Source: Eledone cirrhosa (Eukaryota). Taken from it: a stretch of 64,000 bases of DNA. The translations under genes were made by a program, and so were the position numbers. The stretch lies in NCBI GenBank assembly GCA_964016885.1, contig OZ024745.1, positions 4,774,001-4,838,000 of the forward strand, given 5' to 3'. Under the pieces are notes generated by a model, which made no database searches, was not told the DNA's origin, and saw nothing but the letters and a program-made list of their open reading frames with translations. Shown piece after piece: positions 1 to 12,199 of this stretch (within the stretch, counting starts at the first letter, position 1; each line of letters begins with the position of its first letter).

Positions 1-3000
1 GTCTACAGTTGAGAGTCTTCAATACCCTAGTAGTGTACAGTTGAGTGTCTTCAGTACCCTAGTAGTGTACAACTGTCTTCAGTACCCTAGTAGTGTACAG
101 TTGAGTGTCTTCAGTAACCTAGTAGTGTACAGTTGAGTGTCTTCAGTAACCTAGTAGTGTACAGTTGAGTGTCTTCAGTAACCTAGTAGTGTACAACTGT
201 CTTCAGTACCCTAGTAGTGTACAGTTGAGTGTCTTCAGTAACCTAGTAGTGTACAACTGTCTTCAGTACCCTAGTAGCGTACAGTTGAGTGTCTTCAGTA
301 CCCTAGTAGTGTACAACTGTCTTCAGTACCCTAGTAGTATACAGTTGAGAGACTTCAGTACCCTAGTAGTGTACAGTTGAGTGTCTTCAGTACCCTAGTA
401 GTGTACAACTGTCTTCAGTACCCTAGTAGTGTACAGTTGAATGTCTTCAGTACCCTAGTAGTGTACAATTGAGAATCTTCAGTACCCTAGTAGTGTGTAA
501 CTGTCTTCAGTACCCTAGTAGTGTACAGTTGAGAGTCTTCAGTACCTTAGTAGTGTACTACTGTCTGCAGTACCCTAGTAGTGTACAGTTGAGAGTCTTC
601 AGTACCCTAGTAGTGTACAGTTGAGTGTCTTGAGTACCCTAGTAGTGTACAACTGTTTCAGTACCCTAGTAGTGTACAGTTGAGAGTCTTCAGTACCCTA
701 GTAGTGTACAACTGTCTTCAGTACCCTAGTAGTCTACAGTTGAGAGACTTCAGTACCCTAGTAGTGTACAGTTGAATGTCTTCAGTACCCTAGTAGTGTA
801 CAATTGAGAATCTTCAGTACCCTAGTAGTGTACAACTGTCTTCAGTACCCTAGTAGTGTACAGTTGAGAGTCTTCAGTACCTTAGTAGAGTACAACTGTC
901 TGCAGTACCCTAGTAGTGTACAGTTGAGAGTTTTCAGTACCCTAGTAGTGTGCAACTGTCTTCAGTACCCTAGTAGTGTACAGTTGAGAGTCTTCAGTAC
1001 CCTAGTAGTGTACAAATGTCTTCAGTATCCTAGTAGTGTACAGTTGAGAGTTTTCAGTACCCTAGTAGTGTACAACTGTCTTTAGTACCCTAGTAGTGTA
1101 CAGTTAGGTGTCTTCAGTACCCTAGTAGTGTACAGTTGAGAGTCTTCAGTACCCTAGTAGTGTACAGTTGAGTGTCTTCAGTACCCTAGTAGTGTACAGT
1201 TAGGTGTCTTCTGTACCCTACTAGTGTACAGTTTGGTGTATTCAGTACTCTAGTAGTGTACAGTTAGGTGTCTTCAGTACCCTAGTAGTGTACAACTGTC
1301 TTCAGTACCCTAGTATTGTACAACTGTCTTCAGTACCCTAGTAGTGTACGGTAAGGTGTCTTCAATACCCTAGTAGTGTACAACTGTCTTCAGTACCCTA
1401 GTAGTGTACAACTGTCTTCAGTACCCTAGTAGTGTACAGTTGAGAGTCTTCAGTACCCTAGTAGTGTACAACTGTCTTCAGTACCCTAGTAGTGTATAGT
1501 TGAGTGTCTTCAGTACCCTAGTAGTGTATAGTTGAGAGTCTTCAGTACCTTAGTAGTGTACAACTGTCTTCAGTACCCTAGTAGTGTACTGTTGAGAGTC
1601 TTCAGTACCCTAGTAGTGTACAGTTGAGAGTCTTCAGTACCCTAGTAGTGTACAAATGACTGTCTTCAGTACCCTAGTAGTGTACAGTTAGGTGTCTTCA
1701 GTAAGCTAGTAGTGTACATTTGAGTCTTCAGTACCCTAGTAGTGTACAACTGGCTTCAGTACCCTAGTAGTGTACAACTGGCTTCAGTACCCTAGTAGTG
1801 TACAACTGTATTCAGTACCCTAGTAGTGTACAACTGGCTTCGTACCCTAGTAGTGTACAACTGTCTTCAGTACCCTAGTAGTGTACAGTTGAGTGTCTTC
1901 AGTACCCTAGTAGTGTACAACTGTCTTCAGTACCCTAGTAGTGTACAGTTGAGAGTCTTCAGTACCCTAGTAGTGTACAGTTGAGAGTCTTCAGTACCCT
2001 AGTAGTGTACAACTGTCTTCAGTACCCTAGTAGTGTACAACTGTCTTCAGTTCCCTAGTAGTGTACAATTGAGAGTCTTCAGTACCCTAGTATTATACAG
2101 TTGAGTCTTCAGTACCCTAGTAGTGTACAGTTGAGTGTCTTCAGTACCCTAGTAGTGTACAACTGGCTTCAGTACCCTAGTAGTATACAGTTGAGAGTCT
2201 TCAGTACCCTAGTAGTGTACAACTGTCGTCAGTACCCTAGTAGTGTACAACTGTCTTCAGTACCCTAGTAGTGTACAGTTGAGAGTCTTCAGTACCCTAG
2301 TAGTGTACAACTGTCTTCAGTACCCTAGTAGTGTACAGTTGAGAGTCTTCAGTACCCTAGTAGTGTACAGTTGAGAGTCTTCAGTACCCTAGTAGTGTAC
2401 AACTGTCTTCAGTACCCTAGTAGTGTACATTTAGGTGTCTTCAGTACCCTAGTAGTGTACAACTGTCTTCAGTACCCTAGTAGTGTACAACTGTCTTCAG
2501 TACCCTAGTAGTGTACAGTTGAGTGTCTTCAGTACCCTAGTAGTGTACAGTTGAGTGTCTTCAGTACCCTAGTAGTGTACATTTAGGTGTCTTCAGTACC
2601 CTAGTAGTGTACAACTGTCTTCAGTACCCTAGTAGTGTACAACTGTCTTCAGTACCCTAGTAGTGTACAGTTGAGAGTCTTCAGTACCCTAGTAGTGTAC
2701 AACTGTCTTCAGTACCCTAGTAGTGTACAGTTGAGAGTCTTCAGTACCCTAGTAGTGTACAGTTGAGAGTCTTCAGTACCCTAGTAGTGTACAACTGTCT
2801 TCAGTACCCTAGTAGTGTACATTTAGGTGTCTTCAGTACCCTAGTAGTGTACAACTGTCTTCAGTACCCTAGTAGTGTACAACTGTCTTCAGTACCCTAG
2901 TAGTGTACAGTTGAGAGTCTTCAGTACCCTAGTAGTGTACAGTTGAGAGTCTTCAGTACCCTAGTAGTGTACAACTGTCTTCAGTTCCCTAGTAGTGAAC

Positions 3001-6000
3001 ATTTAGGTGTCTTCAGTACCCTAGTAGTGTACAACTGGCTTCAGTACCCTAGTAGTGTACAACTGTCGTCAGTACCCTAGTAGTGTACAACTGTCTTCAG
3101 TACCCTAGTAGTGTACAGTTGAGTGTCTTCAGTACCCTAGTAGTGTACAGTTGAGAGTCTTCAGTACCCTAGTAGTGTACAACTGTCTTCAGTACCCTAG
3201 TAGTGTACAACTGTCTTCAGTACCCTAGTAGTGTACAGTTGAGTGTCTTCAGTACCCTAGTAGTGTACAGTTGAGAGTCTTCAGTACCCTAGTAGTGTAC
3301 AACTGTCGTCAGTACCCTAGTAGTGTACAACTGTCTTCAGTACCCTAGTAGTGTACAACTGTCTTCAGTACCCTAGTAGTGTACAGTTGAGTGTCTTCAG
3401 TACCCTAGTAGTGTACAACTGGCCTCAGTGCCCTAGTAGTGTACAACTGTCTTCAGTACCCTAGTAGTGTACAGTTGAGAGTCTTCAGTACCCTAGTAGT
3501 GTACAACTGTCGTCAGTACCCTAGTAGTGTACAACTGTCTTCAATACCCTAGTAGTGTACAGTTGAGAGTCTTCAGTACCCTAGTAGTGTACAGTTGAGA
3601 GTCTTAAGTACCCTAGTAGTGTACAACTGTCTTCAGTACCCTAGTAGTGTACAACTGTCTTCAGTACCCTAGTAGTGTACAGTTGAGAGTCTTCAGTACC
3701 CTAGTAGTGTACAGTTGACAGTCTTCAGTACCCTAGTAGTGTACAGTTGAGTGTATTCAGTACCCTAGTAGTGTACAACTGTCTTCAGTACCCTAGTAGT
3801 CTACAGTTGAGAGTCTTCAATACCCTAGTAGTGTACAGTTGAGTGTCTTCAGTACCCTAGTAGTGTACAACTGTCTTCAGTACCCTAGTAGTATACAGTT
3901 GAGAGACTTCAGTACCCTAGTAGTGTACAGTTGAGTGTCTTCAGTACCCTAGTAGTGTACAACTGTCTTCAGTACCCTAGTAGTGTACAGTTGAATGTCT
4001 TCAGTACCCTAGTAGTGTACAATTGAGAATCTTCAGTACCCTAGTAGTGTACAACTGTCTTCAGTACCCTAGTAGTGTACAGTTGAGAGTCTTCAGTACC
4101 TTAGTAGTGTACTACTGTCTGCAGTACCCTAGTAGTGTACAGTTGAGAGTCTTCAGTACCCTAGTAGTGTACAACTGTCTTCAGTATCCTAGTAGTGTAC
4201 AGTTGAGAGTTTTCAGTACCCTAGTAGTGTACAACTGTCTTCAGTACCCTAGTAGTGTACAGTTAGGTGTCTTCAGTACCCTAGTAGTGTACAGTTGAGA
4301 GTCTTCAGTACCCTAGTAGTGTACAGTTAGGTGTCTTCTGTACCCTAGTAGTGTACAGTTTGGTGTATTCAGTACTCTAGTAGTGTACAGTTAGGTGTCT
4401 TCAGTACCCTAGTAGTGTACAACTGTCTTCAGTATCCTAGTAGTGTACAGTTGAGTGTCTTCAGTACCCTAATAGTGTACAGTTGAGTGTCTTCAGTACC
4501 CTAGTAGTGTACAACTGTCTTCAGTACCCTAGTAGTGTACAACTGTCTTCAGTACCCTAGTAGTGTACGGTAAGGTGTCTTCAATACCCTAGTAGTGTAC
4601 AACTGTCTTCAGTACCCTAGTAGTGTACAACTGTCTTCAGTACCCTAGTAGTGTACAGTTGAGAGTCTTCAGTACCCTAGTAGTGTACAACTGTCTTCAG
4701 TACCCTAGTAGTGTACAGTTGAGTGTCTTCAGTACCCTAGTAGTGTACAGTTGAGAGTCTTCAGTACCTTAGTAGTGTACAACTGTCTTCAGTACCCTAG
4801 TAGTGTACTGTTGAGAGTCTTCAGTACCCTAGTAGTGTACAACTGTCTTCAGTACCCTAGTAGTGTACAGTTAGGTGTCTTCTGTACCCTAGTAGTGTAC
4901 AACTGTCTTCAGTACCCTAGTAGTGTACAGTTGAGTGTCTTCAGTACCCTAGTAGTGTACAACTGGCTTCAGTACCCTAGTAGTGTACAGTTGAGTATCT
5001 TCAGTACCCTGGTAGTGTACAACTGTCTTCAGTACCCTAGTAGTGTACAGTTGAGAGTCTTCAGTGTCCTAGTAGTGTACAACTGTCGTCAGTACCCTAG
5101 TAGTGTACAACTGTCTTCAGTACCCTAGTAGTGTACAGTTGAGTGTCTTCCGTAACCAAGTAGTGTACAACTGTCTTCAGTACCCTAGTAGTGTACAGTT
5201 GAGAGTCTTCAGTACCCTAGTAGTGTACAGTTGAGAGTCTTCAGTACCCTAGTAGTGTACAACTGTCGTCAGTACCCTAGTAGTGTACAACTGTCTTCAG
5301 TACCCTAGTAGTCTACAGTTGAGAGTCTTCAGTACCCTAGTAGTGTACAACTGTCTTCAGTACCCTAGTAGTGTACAATTGAGAGTCTTCAGTACCCTAG
5401 TAGTGTACAGTTGAGTCTTCAGTACCCTAGTAGTGTACAGTTGAGTGTCTTCAGTACCCTAGTAGTGTACAACTGGCTTCAGTACCCTAGTAGTATACAG
5501 TTGAGTCTTCAATACCCTAGTAGTGTACAGTTGAGTGTCTTCAGTACCCTAGTAGTGTACAACTGGCTTCAGTACCCTAGTAGTATACAGTTGAGATTCT
5601 TCAGTACCCTAGTAGTGTACAACTGGCTTCAGTACACTAGTAGTGTACAACTGGCTTCAGTACACTAGTAGTATACAGTTGAGAGTCTTCAGTACCCTAG
5701 TAGTGTACAGTTGAGTGTCTTCAGTACCACAGTAATGTACAGTTGAGTGTCTTCAGTACCCTAGTAGTATACAACTGGCTTCAGTACCCTAGTAGTGTAC
5801 AACAGTCTTCAGTACCCTAGTAGTATACAGTTGAGTCTTCAGTATCCTAGTAGTGTACAACTGTCTTCAGTACCCTAGTAGTTTACAGTCGAGTGTCTTC
5901 AGAACCCTAGGAGTGTTCAGTTGAGAGTCTTCAGTACCCTAGTAGTTTACAACTGCTTTCAGTACCCCAGTAGTGTACAACTGTCTTCAGTACCCTAGTA

Positions 6001-9000
6001 GTTTACAACTGCTTTCAGTACCCCAGTAGTGTACAACTGGCTTCAGTACCCTAGTAGTATACAGTTGAGAGTTTTCAGTACCCTAGTAGTGTACAGTTGA
6101 GAGTCTTCACTACCCTAGTAGTGTACAACTGGCTTCAGTACCCTAGTAGTATACAGTTGAGTCTTCAGTGCCCTAGTAGTGTATAGTTGAGAGTCTTCAG
6201 TACCCTAGTAGTTTACAACTGCTTTCAGTACCCCAGTAGTGTACAACTGTCTTCAGTACCCTAGTAGTGTACAGTTGAGTGTCTTCAGTACCCTAGTAGT
6301 GTACAACTGTCTTCAGTACCCCAGTAATGTACAACTGTCTTCAGTACCCTAGTAGTGTACAGTTGAGTGTCTTCAGTACCCTAGTAGTGTACAACTGTCT
6401 TCAGTACCCTAGTAGTGTACTGTTGAGTGTCTTCAGTACCCTAGTAGTGTACAACTGTCTTCAGTAACCTAATAGTGTACAGTTGAGAGTATTCAGTACC
6501 CTAGTAGTGTACAGTTGAGAGTCTTCAGTACCCTAGTAAAGTACAACTGTCTTCAGTACCCTAGTAGTGTACACTTGAGAGTCTTCAGTACTCTAGTAGT
6601 GTACAGTTGAGTGTCTTCAGTACCCTAGTAGTGTACAACTGTCTTCAGTACCCTAGTAGTGTACAGTTGAATGTCTTCAGTACCCTAGTAGTGTACAATT
6701 GAGAGTCTTCAGTACCCTAGTAGTGTACAACTGTCTTCAGTACCCTAGTAGTGTACAGTTGAGAGTCTTCAGTACCTTAGTAGTGTACAACTGTCTGCAG
6801 TACCCTAGTAGTGTACAGTTGAGAGTTTTCAGTACCCTAGTAGTGTGCAACTGTCTTCAGTACCCTAGTAGTGTACAGTTGAGAGTCTTCAGTACCCTAG
6901 TAGTGTACAACTGTCTTCAGTACGCTAGTAGTGTACAGTTGAGAGTTTTCAGTACCCTAGTAGTGTACAACTGTCTTCAGTACCCTAGTAGTGTACAGTT
7001 AGGTGTCTTCAGTACCCTAGTAGTGTACAATTGAGAGTCTTCAGTACCCTAGTAGTGTACAGTTGAGTGTCTTCAGTACCCTAGTAGTGTACAGTTAGGT
7101 GTCTTCAGTACACTAGTAGTGTACAGTTTGGTGTCTTCAGTACTCTAGTAGTGTACAGTTTGGTGTCTTCAGTACCCTAGTAGTGTACAACTGTCTTCAG
7201 TACCCTAGTAGTGTACAACTGTCTTCAGTACCCTAGTAGTGTACAACTGTCTTCAGTACCCTAGTAGTGTACAGTTGAGAGTCTTCAGTACCCTAGTAGT
7301 GTACAACTGTCTTCAGTACCCTAGTAGTGTACAACTGACTGTCTTCAGTACCCTAGTAGTGTACAGTTAGGTGTCTTCAGTACCCTAGTAGTGTACAGTT
7401 GAGTGTCTTCAGTACCGTAGTAGTATACAACTGGCTTCTGTACCCTAGTAGTGTACAACTGTATTCAGTACCCTAGTAGTGTACAACTGTCTTCTGTACC
7501 CTAGTAGTGTATAACTGTCTTTAGTACCCTAGTAGTGTACAGTTGAGTGTCTTTAGTACCCTAGTAGTGTACAACTGGCTTCAGTACCCTAGTAGTGTAC
7601 AACTGTCTTCAGTACCCTAGTAGTGTACAACTGCCTTCAGTACCCTAGTAGTGTACAGTTGAGTGTCTTCAGTAACCTAGTAGTGTACAACTGTCTTCAG
7701 TACCCTAGTAGTGTACAACTGTCTCCAGTACCCTAGTAGTGTACAGTTGAGAGTCCTCAGTACCCTAGTAGTGTACAACTGTCTTCAGTACCCTAGTAGT
7801 GTACAATTGAGAGTCTTCAGTACCCTAGTAGTGTACAGTTGAGTCTTTAGTACCCTAGTAGTGTACAGTTGAGTGGCTTCAGTACCCTAGTAGTGTACAA
7901 CTGGCTTCAGTACCCTAGTAGTATACAGTTGAGTATTCAGTACCCTAGTAGTGTACAGTTGAGTGTCTTCATTACCCTAGTAGTGTACAACTGGCTTCAG
8001 TACCCTAGTAGTATACAGTTGAGATTCTTCAGTACCCTAGTAGTGTACAACTGGCTTCAGTACCCTAGTAGTATACAGTTGAGAGTCTTCAGTACCCTAG
8101 TAGTGTACAGTTGAGTGTCTTCAGTACCCTAGTAGTGTACAGTTGAGTGTCTTCAGTACCCTAGTAGTGTACAACTGGCTTCAGTACCCTAGTAGTGTAC
8201 AACTGTCTTCAGTACCCTAGTAGTATACATTTGAGTCTTCAGTACCCTAGTAGTATACAGTTGAGATTCTTCAGTACCCTAGTAGTGTACAACTGGCTTC
8301 AGTACACTAGTAGTGTACAACTGGCTTCAGTACCCTAGTAGTATACAGTTGAGAGTCTTCAGTACCCTAGTAGTGTACAGTTGAGTGTCTTCAGTACCCC
8401 AGTAGTGTACAGTTGAGTGTCTTCAGTACCCTAGTAGTATACAACTGGCTTCAGTACCCTAGTAGTGTACAACAGTCTTCAGTACCCTAGTAGTATACAG
8501 TTGAGTCTTCAGTATCCTAGTAGTGTACAGTCGAGTGTCTTCAGAACCTTAGTAGTGTACAACTGGCTTCAGTACCCTAGTAGTATACAGTTGAGAGTTT
8601 TCAGTACCCTAGTAGTGTACAGTTGAGAGTCTTCAGTACCCTAGTAGTGTACAACTGGCTTCAGTACCCTAGTAGTATACAGTTGAGTCTTCAGTGCCCT
8701 AGCAGTGTATAGTTGAGTGTCTTCAGTACCCTAGGAGTGTTCAGTTGAGAGTCTTCAGTACCCTAGTAGTTTACAACTGCTTTCAGTACCTCAGTAGTGT
8801 ACAACTGTCTTCAGTACCCTAGTAGTGTACAGTTGAGTGTCTTCAGTACCCTAGTAGTGTACAACTGTCTTCAGTACCCTAATAGTGTACAGTTGAGAGT
8901 ATTCAGTACCCTAGTAGTTTACAACTGTTTTCAGTACCCCAGTAGTGTACAACTGTCTTCAGTACCCTAGTAGTGTACAGTTGAGAGTCTTCAGTACCCT

Positions 9001-12000
9001 AGTAGTTTACAACTGTTTTCAGTACCCCAGTAGTGTACAACTGTCTTCAGTACCCTAGTAGTGTACAGTTGAGTGTCTTCTGTACCCTAGTAGTGTGCAA
9101 CTGTCTTCAGTACCCTAGTAGTGTACAGTTGAGTGTCTTCAGTACCCTAGTAGTGTACAACTGTCTTCAGTACCCTAATAGTGTACAGTTGAGAGTATTC
9201 AGTACCCTAGCAGTGTACAGTTGAGAGTCTTCAGTACCCTAGTAATGTAAAACTGTCTTCAGTACCCTAGTAGTGTACAGTTGAGAGTCTTCAGTACTCT
9301 AGTAGTGTACAGTTGAGTGTCTTCAGTACCCTAGTAGTGTACAACTGTCTTCAGTACCCTAGTAGTGTACAGTTGAATGTCTTCAGTACCCTAGTAGTGT
9401 ACAATTGAGAGTCTTCAGTACCCTAGTAGTGTACAACTGTCTTCAGTACCCTAGTAGTGTACAGTTGAGAGTCTTCAGTACCTTAGTAGTGTACAACTGT
9501 CTGCAGTACCCTAGTAGTGTACAGTTGAGAGTTTTCAGTACCCTAGTAGTGTGCAACTGTCTTCAGTACCCTAGTAGTGTACAGTTGAGAGTCTTCAGTA
9601 CCCTAGTAGTGTACAACTGTCTTCAGTACCCTAGTAGTGTACAGTTGAGAGTTTTCAGTACCCTAGTAGTGTACAACTGTCTTCAGTACCCTAGTAGTGT
9701 ACAGTTAGGTGTCTTCAGTACCCCAGTAGTGTACAGTTGAGAGTCTTCAGTACCCTAGTAGTGTACAGTTGAGTGTCTTCAGTACCCTAGTAGTGTACAG
9801 TTAGGTGTCTTCAGTACCCTAGTAGTGTACAGTTTGGTGTCTTCAGTACTCTAGTAGTGTACAGTTTGGTATCTTCAGTACCCTAGTAGTGTACAACTGT
9901 CTTCAGTACCCTAGTAGTGTACAACTGTCTTCAGTACCCTAGTAGTGTACAACTGTCTTCAGTACCCTAGTAGTGTACGGTAAGGTGTCTTCAATACCCT
10001 AGTAGTGTACAACTGTCTTCAGTACCCTAGTAGTGTACAACTGTCTTCAGTACCCTAGTAGTGTACAGTTGAGAGTCTTCAGTACCCTAGTAGTGTACAA
10101 CTGTCTTCAGTACCCTAGTAGTGTACAGTTGAGTGTCTTCAGTACCCTAGTAGTGTACAGTTGAGAGTCTTCAGTACCTTAGTAGTGTACAACTGTCTTC
10201 AGTACTCTAGTAGTGTACAGTTGAGAGTCTTCAGTACCCTAGTAGTGTACAACTGTCTTCAGTACCCTAGTAGTGTACAACTGACTGTCTTCAGTACCCT
10301 AGTAGTGTACAGTTGAGTGTCTTCAGTACCGTAGTAGTGTACAACTGGCTTCTGTACCCTAGTAGTGTACAACTGTATTCAGTACCCTAGTAGTGTATAA
10401 CTCTCTTTAGTACCCTAGTAGTGTACAGTTGAGTGTCTTTAGTACCCTAGTAGTGTACAACTGGCTTCAGTACCCTAGTAGTGTACAACTGTCTTCAGTA
10501 CCCTAGTAGTGTACAACTGCCTTCAGTACCCTAGTAGTGTACAGTTGAGTGTCTTCAATAACCTAGTAGTGTACAACTGTCTTCAGTACCCTAGTAGTGT
10601 ACAACTGTCTCCAGTACCTTAGTAGTGTACAGTTGAGTGTCTTCAGTACCCTAGTAGTGTACAGTTGAGAGTCCTCAGTACCCTAGTAGTGTACAACTGT
10701 CTTCAGTACCCTAGTAGTGTACAATTGAGAGTCTTCAGTACCCTAGTAGTGTACAGTTGAGTCTTCAGTACCCTAGTAGTGTACAGTTGAGTGTCTTCAG
10801 TACCCTAGTAGTGTACAACTGTCTTCAGTAACCTAATAGTGTACAGTTGAGAGTATTCAGTACCCTAGTAGTGTACAGTTGAGAGTCTTCAGTACCCTAG
10901 TATTGTACAACTGTCTTCAGTACCCTAGTAGTGTACACTTGAGAGTCTTCAGTACTCTAGTAGTGTACAGTTGAGTGTCTTCAGTACCCTAGTAGTGTAC
11001 AACTGTCTTCAGTACCCTAGTAGTGTACAGTTGAATGTCTTCAGTACCCTAGTAGTGTACAATTGAGAGTCTTCAGTACCCTAGTAGTGTACAACTGTCT
11101 TCAGTACCCTAGTAGTGTACAGTTGAGAGTCTTCAGTACCTTAGTAGTGTACAACTGTCTGCAGTACCCTAGTAGTGTACAGTTGAGAGTCTTCAGTACC
11201 CTAGTAGTGTACAACTGTCTTCAGTACGCTAGTAGTGTACAGTTGAGAGTTTTCAGTACCCTAGTAGTGTACAACTGTCTTCAGTACCCTAGTAGTGTAC
11301 AGTTAGGTGTATTCAGTTCCCTAGTAGTGTACAATTGAGAGTATTCAGTACCCTAGTAGTGTACAGTTGAGTGTCTTTAGTACCCTAGTAGTGTACAGTT
11401 AGGTGTCTTCAGTACACTAGTAGTGTACAGTTTGGTGTCTTCAGTACTCTAGTAGTGTACAGTTTGGTGTCTTCAGTACCCTAGTAGTGTACAACTGTCT
11501 TCAGTACCCTAGTAGTGTACAACTGTCTTCAGTACCCTAGTAGTGTACAACTGTCTTCAGTACCCTAGTAGTGTACAGTTGAGAGTCTTCAGCACCCTAG
11601 TAGTGTAGAACTGTCTTCAGTACCCTAGTAGTGTACAGTTGAGTGTCTTCAGTACCCTAGTAGTGTACATTTGAGAGTCTTCAGTACCTTAGTAGTGTAC
11701 AACTGTCTTCATTACCCTAGTAGTGTACAGTTGAGAGTCTTCAGTACCCTAGTAGTGTACAACTGTCTTCAGTACCCTAGTAGTGTACAACTGACTGTCT
11801 TCAGTACCCTAGTAGTGTACAGTTAGGTGTCTTCAGTACCCTAGTAGTGTACAGTTGAGTGTCTTCAGTACCGTAGTAGTGTACAACTGGCTTCTGTACC
11901 CTAGTAGTGTACAACTGTATTCAGTACCCTAGTAGTGTACAACTGTCTTCGGTACCCTAGTAGTGTATAACTGTCTTTAGTACCCTAGTAGTGTACAGTT

Positions 12001-12199
12001 GAGTGTCTTTAGTACCCTAGTAGTGTACAACTGGCTTCAGTACCCTAGTAGTGTACAACTGTCTTCAGTACCCTAGTAGTGTACAACTGCCTTCAGTACC
12101 CTAGTAGTGTACAGTTGAGTGTCTTCAGTAACCTAGTAGTGTACAACTGTCTTCAGTACCCTAGTAGTGTACAACTGTCTCCAGTACCTTAGTAGTGTA

